A stretch of DNA of 64,000 nt, from contig JBGSRU010000005.1 in the NCBI GenBank assembly GCA_041737385.1, forward strand, positions 128-64,127, written 5' to 3'. A program made the translations under genes and the position numbers. Under the pieces are notes generated by a model. The model was not told the DNA's origin and made no database searches. It worked only from the letters and a program-made list of their open reading frames with translations. Of the stretch, positions 29,927 through 39,315 are shown in pieces (positions within the stretch are counted from its first letter, which is position 1; each line of letters starts with the position of its first letter). Source of the stretch: Candidatus Saccharimonadales bacterium (GTDB lineage Bacteria; Patescibacteriota; Saccharimonadia; Saccharimonadales; SZUA-47).

Positions 29927-29950
29927 AACAAACATAAGCGAGGTTAACGT

Positions 29951-31594
29951 GTGAAGATTTTGCTGACTATGCTATTTTTGGCTATCTCAATGCATCCTAT
30001 GGCCTATGCTAATGCAGAAGAAATCACACTATTACAACCTTCAGAAATGATTATCTTTCAGGTTAAAACTGAAGGAAATAGTGCAGCTGAAGAATACATG
30101 CTCCTCTACAATCAGTCACCAACTGCTGTAGACATGATGGGGTGGTGTCTTTCATACACGACGGCAGGTGATAACCCAAGCACTGCATTATCAGAAATAT
30201 GTATCGATGGTGAATTCTTAGTTCTCGCTGGAGAGTTTGTGTCATTTGGTACCAATGAGTTCGTCGCAGCTACTGGATACTCGGTAGATTTTCTATTCGT
30301 TGGAGGGATGAACGCAACGGGTGGTCATATGAGGCTATTTGATATGAGCGAACAGGAAGTTGATAAAGTTGGGTGGGGAACCGCAGTCGCTCCAGAGCTC
30401 TCCACAAGTTTAGTCGCGCCAGCTAAACACAACAAACAACAAACACTAAGCCGTCATCTGAATGCATCCGAACTCGATACAAACGACAATTTTAATGACT
30501 TCACTAGCCGTGATATTTTGTACCAGTGTCCAGTTAGTAAGATGCTGCTCTCGGCTGATTATTTTGTTGATAAATCAGGGCTGTGTATGAAAAGATTTTG
30601 TCCAAATCTGATTGATTCTACTCTCGAAGCCCCAGATGGATACTACAAGCCAGATGGCCAAGAAAACTGTGAGTTGTTACCAGTTGCACTTGAAAACGCA
30701 GTATTGTTTATAACGGAAATATATCCAAATGCTCCGAGCAGTGATGATGGCAAAGAGTTTATAGAGCTTTATAATCCTAACGATAGGACTATTTCACTGA
30801 CAGGCTACACGTTACAACTTGGACCTGATTTTACGAAACAGTTTATTTTCAGTGGTGGCGACATAAAACCGAATGAGTACATTATTTTTTCAGATACAAT
30901 CACGGGAATAGTGTTACCAAACTCAACTGGTCAAAAAATTCGTCTAATTGCACCTGACAGCACGATAGTTTCAGACTCAACGAGTTATTCAAACGCGCAA
31001 GACGATGAATCATGGTCGCTAGTGGAAGACCAATGGATTTGGACAAATCAAATAACTCCAGCCGCTGCAAATAAGCCGTTTCTTGTCCCCGCTGTTGATG
31101 AAGTTGAGGGTGTAACAAGCATACTCGCGCCATGTCCTGCTGGTAAGTTTAGAAATCCAGACACTAACAGATGTAAAACACTAGAAACAGCGGTTTCTTT
31201 GCTTGCCCCATGTGACGAGGATGAATTTAGAAATCCTGAGACTAATCGATGCAACAAAGTTAGTGCTTCGTCAGCATCTCTCACACCGTGTAAAGTCGGA
31301 CAGGTCAGGAATCCTGAAACTAATCGTTGTCGTGCAGTAGAGTCTTCAAGTAGTCTCCAGCCGTGTGAAGAGGGTGAAGAACGTAACGCGGAGACAAATC
31401 GCTGTCGTAAAGTTTCTGTGCTTGGAGCTACGGATGATCTATTAAATGGTGTTCAAGATGTTGAAGCAGAGACTTCAGCTGGCCAACTAAACATACCAAT
31501 GATTACGGCGGTACTTGGTGCTACAATCGGCTACATTGTATATGAATGGCGTGTTGAAATCAGTAGATACTTTAGATTTAGAAAAACTCTTTAG
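29951..31594 (+). CDS. lamin-tail-domain (LTD) protein with two LTDs, four Cys-bracketed repeats and a C-terminal TM anchor
   Basis: Signal peptide. LTD motifs EEYMLLYNQS..VDMMGWCL and ITEIYPNAP..GKEFIELYNPNDRTISLTGYTL. Four copies of PCxxxxxRN(P/A)(D/E)TNRC (nt 31125-31410). Hydrophobic C-terminus plus a basic tail. Confidence 0.8.
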   Translation: MKILLTMLFLAISMHPMAYANAEEITLLQPSEMIIFQVKTEGNSAAEEYMLLYNQSPTAVDMMGWCLSYTTAGDNPSTALSEICIDGEFLVLAGEFVSFGTNEFVAATGYSVDFLFVGGMNATGGHMRLFDMSEQEVDKVGWGTAVAPELSTSLVAPAKHNKQQTLSRHLNASELDTNDNFNDFTSRDILYQCPVSKMLLSADYFVDKSGLCMKRFCPNLIDSTLEAPDGYYKPDGQENCELLPVALENAVLFITEIYPNAPSSDDGKEFIELYNPNDRTISLTGYTLQLGPDFTKQFIFSGGDIKPNEYIIFSDTITGIVLPNSTGQKIRLIAPDSTIVSDSTSYSNAQDDESWSLVEDQWIWTNQITPAAANKPFLVPAVDEVEGVTSILAPCPAGKFRNPDTNRCKTLETAVSLLAPCDEDEFRNPETNRCNKVSASSASLTPCKVGQVRNPETNRCRAVESSSSLQPCEEGEERNAETNRCRKVSVLGATDDLLNGVQDVEAETSAGQLNIPMITAVLGATIGYIVYEWRVEISRYFRFRKTL

Positions 31595-31631
31595 TATAAA
31601 AAACAAATATAGTATATAATAAATATTAATA

Positions 31632-32108
31632 ATGACAAGTAATTTAGGATTTGAGTTTGACGGTATCGGCAAACGGCTACAGCAGATAGTGCCTACTGAA
31701 GGTGTGCCAACTTTTAAATTTGGTGACGCTGAAATCACTGTCAGCTTCAAGAATCCTACAGCCGAACATAGAAGAGTGAAAGCTACTGCACAGTTAGGAC
31801 CCAAGGCGCTGGGAGGGTTTGAGCTGATGGTAGGATTGGGCGACACGTTAACTGAGTTATTTCCTGATGGAGCCCACTTTTATTTAACAACTGGAGTCAC
31901 CGGCACGGCTCTTGATATAGGCCGAAGTCAAGAAAGAATACTTTTTTCAGCTGCAAGTTGGTGGGATAAAATAGCGTTGATGGGACCTGCGGAACATGGG
32001 GCTACCCTTACAGAACAGCAAATGGATAGATTGATGACTGAACAAACGGCGCTGATGGCAGCTGAAAGAGTTTTGTCATTAGTGTATAGGGCGCTAGAGG
32101 TGAATTGA
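31632..32108 (+). CDS. hypothetical protein (paralog 1)
   Basis: 158-aa ORF. No family recognised. Paralogous to 32109-32540. Confidence 0.5.
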   Translation: MTSNLGFEFDGIGKRLQQIVPTEGVPTFKFGDAEITVSFKNPTAEHRRVKATAQLGPKALGGFELMVGLGDTLTELFPDGAHFYLTTGVTGTALDIGRSQERILFSAASWWDKIALMGPAEHGATLTEQQMDRLMTEQTALMAAERVLSLVYRALEVN

Positions 32109-32171
32109 GCGGGCAGAGTTGGTGATTTAGGAGTAGAGTTCGTTGGAGTAGGTGAATAATTACTACAAGTT

Positions 32172-32540
32172 GTGCCTAAACAGGGCATTCCCTCAATTCA
32201 GTTTGACGAAGCTGCTACTCGCGCTGAATGGAAAATTCGTGGTGAACGAAAAGTTGTTGAATCGTCGATCTGGTTAGGTTCAGAGACTTTGTCAGGATTG
32301 GATATGATGCTTGGTCTAAAAGACGGAATGATAACTCTTTTCCCAGAGGGAGCGCATCTTATTGTGGCTGTTGGTATTGGGGTTACACAAGGACTGGTTC
32401 TAGAAGATGACCAAGGTAGAAGACTGTATAGTGCGTATAACTCAGGCTCTTTTTTACTAATTCAAGAGTCAGACTTGGCACACGGTATCCTTTCACCTGA
32501 ACAGACAGAGTTATTGGTGGAGCAGAGAACTGCACTATGA
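32172..32540 (+). CDS. hypothetical protein (paralog 2), N-terminally disrupted and possibly a pseudogene
   Basis: Same frame as paralog 1. Homology extends upstream to about 32124, but the original start is lost and there is an in-frame TAA at 32157-32159. The only usable start is the GTG at 32172, which has no SD. Confidence 0.4.
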   Translation: MPKQGIPSIQFDEAATRAEWKIRGERKVVESSIWLGSETLSGLDMMLGLKDGMITLFPEGAHLIVAVGIGVTQGLVLEDDQGRRLYSAYNSGSFLLIQESDLAHGILSPEQTELLVEQRTAL

Positions 32541-32628
32541 TGTGCTGAAAGTGTGTTGGGTATTTCTCAAAGAGCTGCGACAGGAATCTAGTAGAAATAC
32601 TCACTACTTCTCTGTACAATAACAGCTA

Positions 32629-33609
32629 ATGATTGTAGACATTTTAATTCTTGTGGTGGCTCTAGTGGTTATTATTCAGTCTGCTGATTGGTTCCTCGGC
32701 GCGGCTGAGAAGGTTGGCGTCACGCTACGACTGCCACCTTTTATTCTCGGAGTTATTTTAGTTGGGTTTGGTACAAGCTTGCCGGAACTCGCAACGTCAA
32801 TTGCTGCTGTGATAGACGGTGTAGACACGGTGACTATCGCTAACGTAGCTGGATCAAACATAGCGAACGTGTTCGTTATCGTGGGACTAAGCACTATAGC
32901 GCTCGGTACTATTCGTTTTAACAAGAACTTAATCGATTTAGATCTACCACTTCTCGCTGGTGTCACCGCACTGTTTGGCCTGATGATAATTGACGGTGTT
33001 CTCACCAGAACTGACGGATTAATTTTGCTTTTTGGATTTGCTGGATACATACTCTATTCTCTTGGTTACAAAGATAACGACAAAGAGCACCATAAAGGGT
33101 TGCTTCGAATGATAGCTTCCCTCTCAAAAGGATCGCAAAGAAAAGTAGAGTCTGGACAAAATTTGATAGGTCCGTTTACAGTGGTAATCCTTATCGGTTC
33201 AGTGGTTTCGCTTGCGGTAAGCTCGAAGTTTGCAATCGACAGCTTACTCAGAATAGTTGAGCGAGTGGATGTTGGTGTCGGCGTCTTGAGTTTCTTCGCT
33301 CTCGCTATTGGTACCTCGTTACCTGAGCTTGTCGTATCTATTAAAGCTTTAAGAAAAGGTCAAGGCGATTTAGTAGTAGGTAATATTATTGGATCATCTA
33401 TGTTTAACATTCTTCTAATCGGAGGTGTTGCCAGTGTTTTGAAGCCTCAAATCATTGATATGGCTATTGTCGGGTATGTGATAGCGGGATTAGGCTTGTC
33501 AGTTTTCTTGCTAACTGCTGGCAGTATTTCCAAGCGAATACATATATGGGAAGGTTTCATTTATGTATTGATCTACCTTACCTTAGCAAATAAAATTATA
33601 GGAGCTTAA
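32629..33609 (+). CDS. Ca2+/Na+ antiporter (CaCA family, YrbG-like)
   Basis: Two alpha-repeat motifs, GTSLPELATSI and GTSLPELVVSI, and about 10 TM segments. Confidence 0.85.
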   Translation: MIVDILILVVALVVIIQSADWFLGAAEKVGVTLRLPPFILGVILVGFGTSLPELATSIAAVIDGVDTVTIANVAGSNIANVFVIVGLSTIALGTIRFNKNLIDLDLPLLAGVTALFGLMIIDGVLTRTDGLILLFGFAGYILYSLGYKDNDKEHHKGLLRMIASLSKGSQRKVESGQNLIGPFTVVILIGSVVSLAVSSKFAIDSLLRIVERVDVGVGVLSFFALAIGTSLPELVVSIKALRKGQGDLVVGNIIGSSMFNILLIGGVASVLKPQIIDMAIVGYVIAGLGLSVFLLTAGSISKRIHIWEGFIYVLIYLTLANKIIGA

Positions 33610-33617
33610 AAAGCGCC

Positions 33618-34505
33618 ATGGCTTCCAATGAAGAAGTCGCACTGGTTGTTAACCAAGATGCGAGTAAAGTTGGTTCAAAAATGAAAGTTCTGCGCAAGCT
33701 TGCCAAGCAGCACAAACTGAGATTAAAACTATGTGATGGTCCTGATCTAGACTATACGCTTAGACAAATTCTAGAGAATAAAGACTTAAAAAAACTTATT
33801 ATAGGAGGCGGCGACGGAAGTGTGCGACTTGCCGCGAGCCTCGCGCGCCGCAAAAATCCTCGGTTGCAGATTGCAATTTTACCGGTAGGTACTGCTAATT
33901 TTTATGCAAAGTCACTGGGTGTTCCGAGAAGTCTAGCTAAAGCTTTCACAATTGCTCTCGGGAATGAAACAGAAAAACGTCATTTGTGCCAAGCAAATAA
34001 AAAAGAATTTCTTATTGGAGTGAACATTGGGGTGACATCTCGAATGTTTGGTGAGGTGACCGACGATGAAAAGCAGCGTTTTGGAAGAATTGCCTATTTT
34101 AGGGGGGTCTTTCGAATTTTGCTGAGATCAATGCCGCCGGATGTTACGATTCAAACTAACGGTAGAACATATAACTATTCAAGTACAGAGCTCGTTGTCT
34201 TAAACCAAAACCCACACGGACCATTACATCTTTTACCAGAAGTTCATGGGTCTGAGCCCTATTTTGAGATTATTACCTACGGACTTGGAAAATCAAAACT
34301 CTCGCCTTTATTTGCAGTCGTCATTTTTGCGCTGACACTTGGTCATAACCAGAAATATTTAAAGCGCATCAAAGCGACAAAAGCGACAATTACCGCAAGT
34401 AAAAAACAGCCAATTGCTATTGACGGAGATAGTCTTGGAAAAACACCTTTGCAGGTGGAGATTATAAAACAACCTGTTATTTTTATGAGGGCAGCACGCC
34501 GCTAA
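33618..34505 (+). CDS. diacylglycerol/lipid kinase family protein (YegS-like)
   Basis: GGGDGSV and PVGTANFYA motifs of the DAGK catalytic domain. Confidence 0.8.
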   Translation: MASNEEVALVVNQDASKVGSKMKVLRKLAKQHKLRLKLCDGPDLDYTLRQILENKDLKKLIIGGGDGSVRLAASLARRKNPRLQIAILPVGTANFYAKSLGVPRSLAKAFTIALGNETEKRHLCQANKKEFLIGVNIGVTSRMFGEVTDDEKQRFGRIAYFRGVFRILLRSMPPDVTIQTNGRTYNYSSTELVVLNQNPHGPLHLLPEVHGSEPYFEIITYGLGKSKLSPLFAVVIFALTLGHNQKYLKRIKATKATITASKKQPIAIDGDSLGKTPLQVEIIKQPVIFMRAARR

Positions 34506-35269
34506 TTTTGTGCTTTATCAACAACCTTTCGGATAATGAAGCGGGGAGCTAGACGCGGCAGTACGAGTGCTGCTATCTTGTTCTTGAATGTGTGGACTGC
34601 GACAACCTTACCCTTTTTTAAAGCATCGTAGCCATACGCCGCAACTTGTTTTGGTGTCGGCAAATTACCACTAAATATACCTGACTTTGTTGCTCCAGCT
34701 GTCTCTGCAAAATGTGTTTTCGTGGGGCCTGGGCATAGAGCGGTTACCGAGACTCCACTAGTAGATAGTTCTTGAGCTAGGGCTTCGGTAAAACTTAGCA
34801 CGTAAGCCTTGGTTGCATAATAAGTAGCCATACCCGGTCCTGGAATGAAACCAGCAATGCTCGCCACATTTAAGATTTTGCCTGAGCCATTACGAGACAT
34901 ACTCTGTGCGGCCAACTGGCTTAGTCTCGTGAGTGTTGTGATGTTTAAGTTGATCATGTTTTCTAGTTTTTTCCAGTCTGCGTCTACTAGTCGTGCAAGA
35001 TCACCAAAACCGGCGTTATTAATAAGAACATCGACTTGTTTTTTGCGTGTTGCGTCCCATACTTTGTCTGCCGCACCAACCGCGTTTAGATCAATCACTA
35101 AGATTTCTGCAGAAATAGAATACTCCGATTCAAGTTGTTTTGCGGCTTCTTGTAATTCTTGTCTGTCACGAGCTACTAGTAGTAGATCATACTGATCAGC
35201 AGCTAGAAGTGTTGCGAATTCTCGCCCAATACCACCTGAAGCTCCTGTCACGACTGCATATTTTTTCAT
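34502..35269 (-). CDS. SDR-family oxidoreductase
   Basis: VTGASGGIG, NNAG and YYATKAY motifs. Confidence 0.85.
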   Translation of the reverse strand: MKKYAVVTGASGGIGREFATLLAADQYDLLLVARDRQELQEAAKQLESEYSISAEILVIDLNAVGAADKVWDATRKKQVDVLINNAGFGDLARLVDADWKKLENMINLNITTLTRLSQLAAQSMSRNGSGKILNVASIAGFIPGPGMATYYATKAYVLSFTEALAQELSTSGVSVTALCPGPTKTHFAETAGATKSGIFSGNLPTPKQVAAYGYDALKKGKVVAVHTFKNKIAALVLPRLAPRFIIRKVVDKAQN

Positions 35270-35366
35270 AGATTACTCCTTCTGTTTATTCTACAGTGCC
35301 TGCTAAGAACATTTATAACGATATAGTTATAGCTAGGCTCAGAGCAGTTAATGATAAAATAGAGTC

Positions 35367-35615
35367 ATGATATTACTGTTTCATATATTAATTTCGTTTC
35401 TTAGTATCGCCTCATTAATAGCTGGTATCTTCGTAGGAGGACGCTACAAAGCATATGCTCAAAGTGTATTTTTACCTTCCGCAAGCCTGGTTGTTATTAG
35501 TGGCTTTGGGCTCGTTTTACAGGGAGCAAGTATCACCCATGCTTGCGTTAGTGGTACGCTGACACTAGCAACACTTTTTGCGCTCAGAGGCGTTCTGGTT
35601 ACGCAGAAATTGTAG
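35367..35615 (+). CDS. small membrane protein, hypothetical
   Basis: 82 aa with three hydrophobic segments. Confidence 0.4.
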   Translation: MILLFHILISFLSIASLIAGIFVGGRYKAYAQSVFLPSASLVVISGFGLVLQGASITHACVSGTLTLATLFALRGVLVTQKL

Positions 35616-35659
35616 TCTAACTTTACTGTTACAATGGAGTTGTAAAAGGAGTAAGTCAC

Positions 35660-36391
35660 ATGTCAAATTTCGAGGGATTAACAGCAGTATTTATTAACTG
35701 TTCAATCAAAAAAGACAAAACTGGGTCGCATACACAGTTACTTATGAATCGTGCCTCTGGGATTATGGAGACGGAAGGGGTTTTGGTTGAGCATATTTAT
35801 GCACTTGATCATGATATTGCTTTCGGTATGGTAAAAGATGGTTCAAAAGAAACCCCTAGTCAAAAAGACGAGTGGCCGGAAATTCAAAAGAAGGTTCTTG
35901 AAGCAGACATTTTAGTTATTGGTACGCCTATTTGGTTGGGTGTAAAATCATCAGTCGCTACTCTAGTAGTTGAAAGGCTTTACGCCTACAGCGGCGATCA
36001 CAACGACAAAGACCAATATGCCTATTACGGAAAAGTAGGCGGTTGCATAATCACCGGCAACGAAGACGGCGCTAAGCACTGCGCAATGGATATATTGTAT
36101 GCATTGAGCCATATTGGATATACGGTACCGCCGCAAGCTGACTGTGCATGGCTTGGTGAAGCTGGACCTGGTCCAAGTTATGGTGATATTGAGTGGGCGG
36201 GTAAAAAACTCGATGCACCAGCAGGCTATGATAATGACTTTACTAATCGTAACACCACATTTATGGCCTGGAACCTTATGCATGCTGCAAAAATACTAAA
36301 AGACGCCGGAGGCTTTCCGGCAAAGGGCAATACTGGCAAAGATTGGGAGCATGTGACCAACGCGAAATCAGTTAATCCTGAATATCGATAG
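35660..36391 (+). CDS. flavodoxin-like NAD(P)H-dependent FMN reductase family protein
   Basis: INCSIKK..SHT and ADILVIGTPIWLG motifs. Confidence 0.7.
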   Translation: MSNFEGLTAVFINCSIKKDKTGSHTQLLMNRASGIMETEGVLVEHIYALDHDIAFGMVKDGSKETPSQKDEWPEIQKKVLEADILVIGTPIWLGVKSSVATLVVERLYAYSGDHNDKDQYAYYGKVGGCIITGNEDGAKHCAMDILYALSHIGYTVPPQADCAWLGEAGPGPSYGDIEWAGKKLDAPAGYDNDFTNRNTTFMAWNLMHAAKILKDAGGFPAKGNTGKDWEHVTNAKSVNPEYR

Positions 36392-36406
36392 TAGTACAAC
36401 TTGCTG

Positions 36407-37216
36407 TTATTGTGCGTTTTTATTTTTAAACAAACGGGAAGCAACAGGAACTGCGATAAGCAGTATAAGCAAGCTCCAGGCTATAGCTTTCCAGCCATAA
36501 TCACCAATCGGTGTACCGAGAAACAAAGCTCTAACTGATTCAACAACTTGTGTAATAGGCTGGTTCTCGGCAAATAGTTTTAGATATTTACCCATTCCTT
36601 CAGTTGGTGTAAATGCGCTTGAGGCGAAAGTGAGAGGAAATATAATAACAAATGTTAGCCACTGCACTGCTTCAACGCTTTTCGCTAGGACTCCAATTAT
36701 TGCGGAAAGCCACGAGAAGGCAAAGGTGAACAGAAGAAGAATGCCAATAATTTGCCCCCATTCTAGAAAATTCGCTTCGGGCCGAAAGCCAATAATGTAT
36801 CCAGAAACAAGCATAACGATCGTTGAAATGGTGTTACGAAAAATATCCGACACAACATGTCCATTTAGTACAGCCAGATTTGACATTGGAAGACTGCGAA
36901 AACGATCAACTATACCTTTCTGCATATCATTGGTAACAGCGATTGCGGTGGTTGTTGAACCGAACGCTACCGTCTGCACAATGATACCTGCCATTAAGAA
37001 GTTTATATAACTGACGCCTTCTGGTAAAGCTTGCTCAATTGATCCACCAAATACTGAAGCGAATAACACAAGAAACATAATCGGCTGGAAGAATGCACCT
37101 AGTAGCTGATCTGTATTGCGTAAAATATGTGTGCTACTGCGCTTTATCATTAGATAAGAATCGTTCAAGAACGCGCCTACTTTAGAACGCTTTTCAAACA
37201 CCAGTGTCACTGCCAT
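36407..37216 (-). CDS. ABC-2 type transporter permease (DrrB-like)
   Basis: Six TM segments. Length and position next to a DrrA-like ATPase. Confidence 0.8.
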   Translation of the reverse strand: MAVTLVFEKRSKVGAFLNDSYLMIKRSSTHILRNTDQLLGAFFQPIMFLVLFASVFGGSIEQALPEGVSYINFLMAGIIVQTVAFGSTTTAIAVTNDMQKGIVDRFRSLPMSNLAVLNGHVVSDIFRNTISTIVMLVSGYIIGFRPEANFLEWGQIIGILLLFTFAFSWLSAIIGVLAKSVEAVQWLTFVIIFPLTFASSAFTPTEGMGKYLKLFAENQPITQVVESVRALFLGTPIGDYGWKAIAWSLLILLIAVPVASRLFKNKNAQ

Positions 37217-38169
37217 TACATGGACTCCTTTCTTGTATCTGTTTTGTCTGTTAAGGTAAGGAAAACGTCATCAAGTGTTGGCTTATGTATGTCCATAGAA
37301 GCAATCACCAGATTCTTTTTATCGAGCGTGTCGAGTATCTGTCGAACATCTGAACCCGTTCCACCGATAAGAAGTGTTAGTTGTAAGTTCTCCCTATCTG
37401 TAAGTGCGACCTTTTTACCAAGTGATTCTGCTGCCTGACTCAATAGTTTGCTAGTTTTGAACGTCAGCACGAGTCGATCTTTGCCAACTTTGCTTTTGAG
37501 TTCTTTGGCTGATCCCTCTGCAACGACTTTGCCGCCGTCAATAAGGATAATATTATCTGCAAGCTGGTCTGCTTCTTCGAGGTATTGTGTCGTCAGTAGA
37601 ATCGTTGCGCCGTTTTCTTTAAGTTTATTAATGATGTCCCACATCACAAGCCTTGATCGAGGGTCTAATCCTGTTGTTGGTTCGTCCAAGAAAATAATTG
37701 GAGGGGTTGCGATAAGACTTACGGCGAGATCTAGTCGGCGTCTCATGCCACCTGAGTAAGTTTTGACTGGACGATCAGCCGCGTCGACAAGATCAAATTC
37801 CTCAAGTAGTTCAAGTGCACGATCAATAGCACTTTTTTTCGTCAGTCGGTAGAGTCGCCCCATCATAATCAGATTTTCGCGACCAGTAAGCAACTCATCA
37901 ACTGCTGCTGATTGGCCTGTGAGCCCAATAAGCGAACGAACCGCTTCTGCATTTTTAGCGACATCATGCCCGTCTATATTCACCACTCCATTATCAGGTG
38001 ACAGTAACGTGCTTAGTATTCGTACTATTGTAGTTTTACCGGCGCCGTTTGGCCCGAGCAATGCAAGCATGCTTCCTCTTGGAACGCTAAAGGATACCCC
38101 CCGAAGGACATGGTTATCTGCGTATGACTTTTGTAAATTTTTAACTTCTATTGCAATAGTATTATCCAT
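37216..38169 (-). CDS. ABC transporter ATP-binding protein (DrrA-like)
   Basis: GPNGAGKTT, YSGGMRRRLDLA and IIFLDEPTTGLD motifs. Confidence 0.9.
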   Translation of the reverse strand: MDNTIAIEVKNLQKSYADNHVLRGVSFSVPRGSMLALLGPNGAGKTTIVRILSTLLSPDNGVVNIDGHDVAKNAEAVRSLIGLTGQSAAVDELLTGRENLIMMGRLYRLTKKSAIDRALELLEEFDLVDAADRPVKTYSGGMRRRLDLAVSLIATPPIIFLDEPTTGLDPRSRLVMWDIINKLKENGATILLTTQYLEEADQLADNIILIDGGKVVAEGSAKELKSKVGKDRLVLTFKTSKLLSQAAESLGKKVALTDRENLQLTLLIGGTGSDVRQILDTLDKKNLVIASMDIHKPTLDDVFLTLTDKTDTRKESM

Positions 38170-38213
38170 AACTCCAGTATAACTCCTCTGCTAACTACCT
38201 TGTTGCTAAACTG

Positions 38214-39200
38214 TTACTTTTTTGTTCCTGGTCTGAAATGTCTTAGCGCTTGACCGGCGTCACCAACAGCAATGTCACCCGATAGGTAGTACATATCATT
38301 AAGCCTATCGGCAATACCTACGAGCTTAAACAAAGCTTTGATATTCATGGCGCTGCATACTCTTTTTGCGAGAGCGACACCCTGCTCGGTACCCATAAAA
38401 GATCGGTGCATCACACTAGTCGGCTGTACGCCGTAACCTTGCTTTAGTGCAATGAGTAGTGCTGCTGTTGATGCCCAAGAAGCTGGATTAACAAAATCAG
38501 CAATTTCTATAGCTTTATTCTGCAAACTTAGTGGATCACTGTAGTCTGCCCACCGCACGGTGACGGAGATATCAGTATGTTGGCCACCTTTGGGGTGAAA
38601 TCGTTTCGTTTCTACTTGTACCTCTTCTGGAACAATTTCATCCATTCCAAAGCCGTGTGCAAGCCTCGTTGTGACGAGCCCCGCCCGAATAAGCGACACA
38701 GGAATACCCCTAACATCGTTTGCATCGTCCAGCTCATCTAGAAGCCGGTAGCCTTTTTCAGCAAGATCATAGTATGTACGACAAAATTCCTTATTATCAT
38801 AAAGTGATGAGTCAGCAATAAGCTGCCGCGCAAGGTTGTCTATGCCGCGCACCACTTCCACTGCATTAATATTTGTTTCACTTAACACTTCAACACAAGA
38901 ATCGGGAAGGCCATTAATAGTTTCAACGCTTGGACCATCATAGGTTCCAATTAGACCGGATAAGCTCCCACCAAAATTAATGACATGATCAACGTCAGTA
39001 GGACCGTGAAAATCTAGTGGATCTCTGACGAAATTGGTCACATCAATACGACTACCAGAAGGAGCACTTGTTATCGTGATGTCATGCCCATCAAACAAAA
39101 CATGTTCCGTAGCTTGCGGCTCTAGTTCGGAAAAAGCAATAGTAGGGATTTCAGAAAGGTTAATCATTAGATCGATAATAGCATTTTGTGGAGTTTTCAC
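38214..39200 (-). CDS. hypothetical protein; the C-terminal half resembles a phosphoribosyltransferase (UPRT-like) fold
   Basis: VSLIRAGL and DFVNPASWASTAALLIALKQ resemble UPRT motifs. This is weak, motif-level evidence only. Confidence 0.35.
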   Translation of the reverse strand: MKTPQNAIIDLMINLSEIPTIAFSELEPQATEHVLFDGHDITITSAPSGSRIDVTNFVRDPLDFHGPTDVDHVINFGGSLSGLIGTYDGPSVETINGLPDSCVEVLSETNINAVEVVRGIDNLARQLIADSSLYDNKEFCRTYYDLAEKGYRLLDELDDANDVRGIPVSLIRAGLVTTRLAHGFGMDEIVPEEVQVETKRFHPKGGQHTDISVTVRWADYSDPLSLQNKAIEIADFVNPASWASTAALLIALKQGYGVQPTSVMHRSFMGTEQGVALAKRVCSAMNIKALFKLVGIADRLNDMYYLSGDIAVGDAGQALRHFRPGTKK

Positions 39201-39315
39201 AAGCTTAAGCGAGATACGGCTAACTTGATTAATTAATCAGCTTATGGCTATAATACAGGTTAAAGAAAGCTTAATTTAAACAATAGCTCGCATAAAAAAC
39301 GAGAAAAGGGCGTAT

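Noticed and set aside
32106-32159. UGA recoding (code 25 or 4) to fuse the two paralogs.
   Set aside because: A TAA also interrupts the frame 48 nt later. In addition, TGA ends another spot-checked ORF here (the antitoxin candidate, 5873-5875), consistent with standard code 11.
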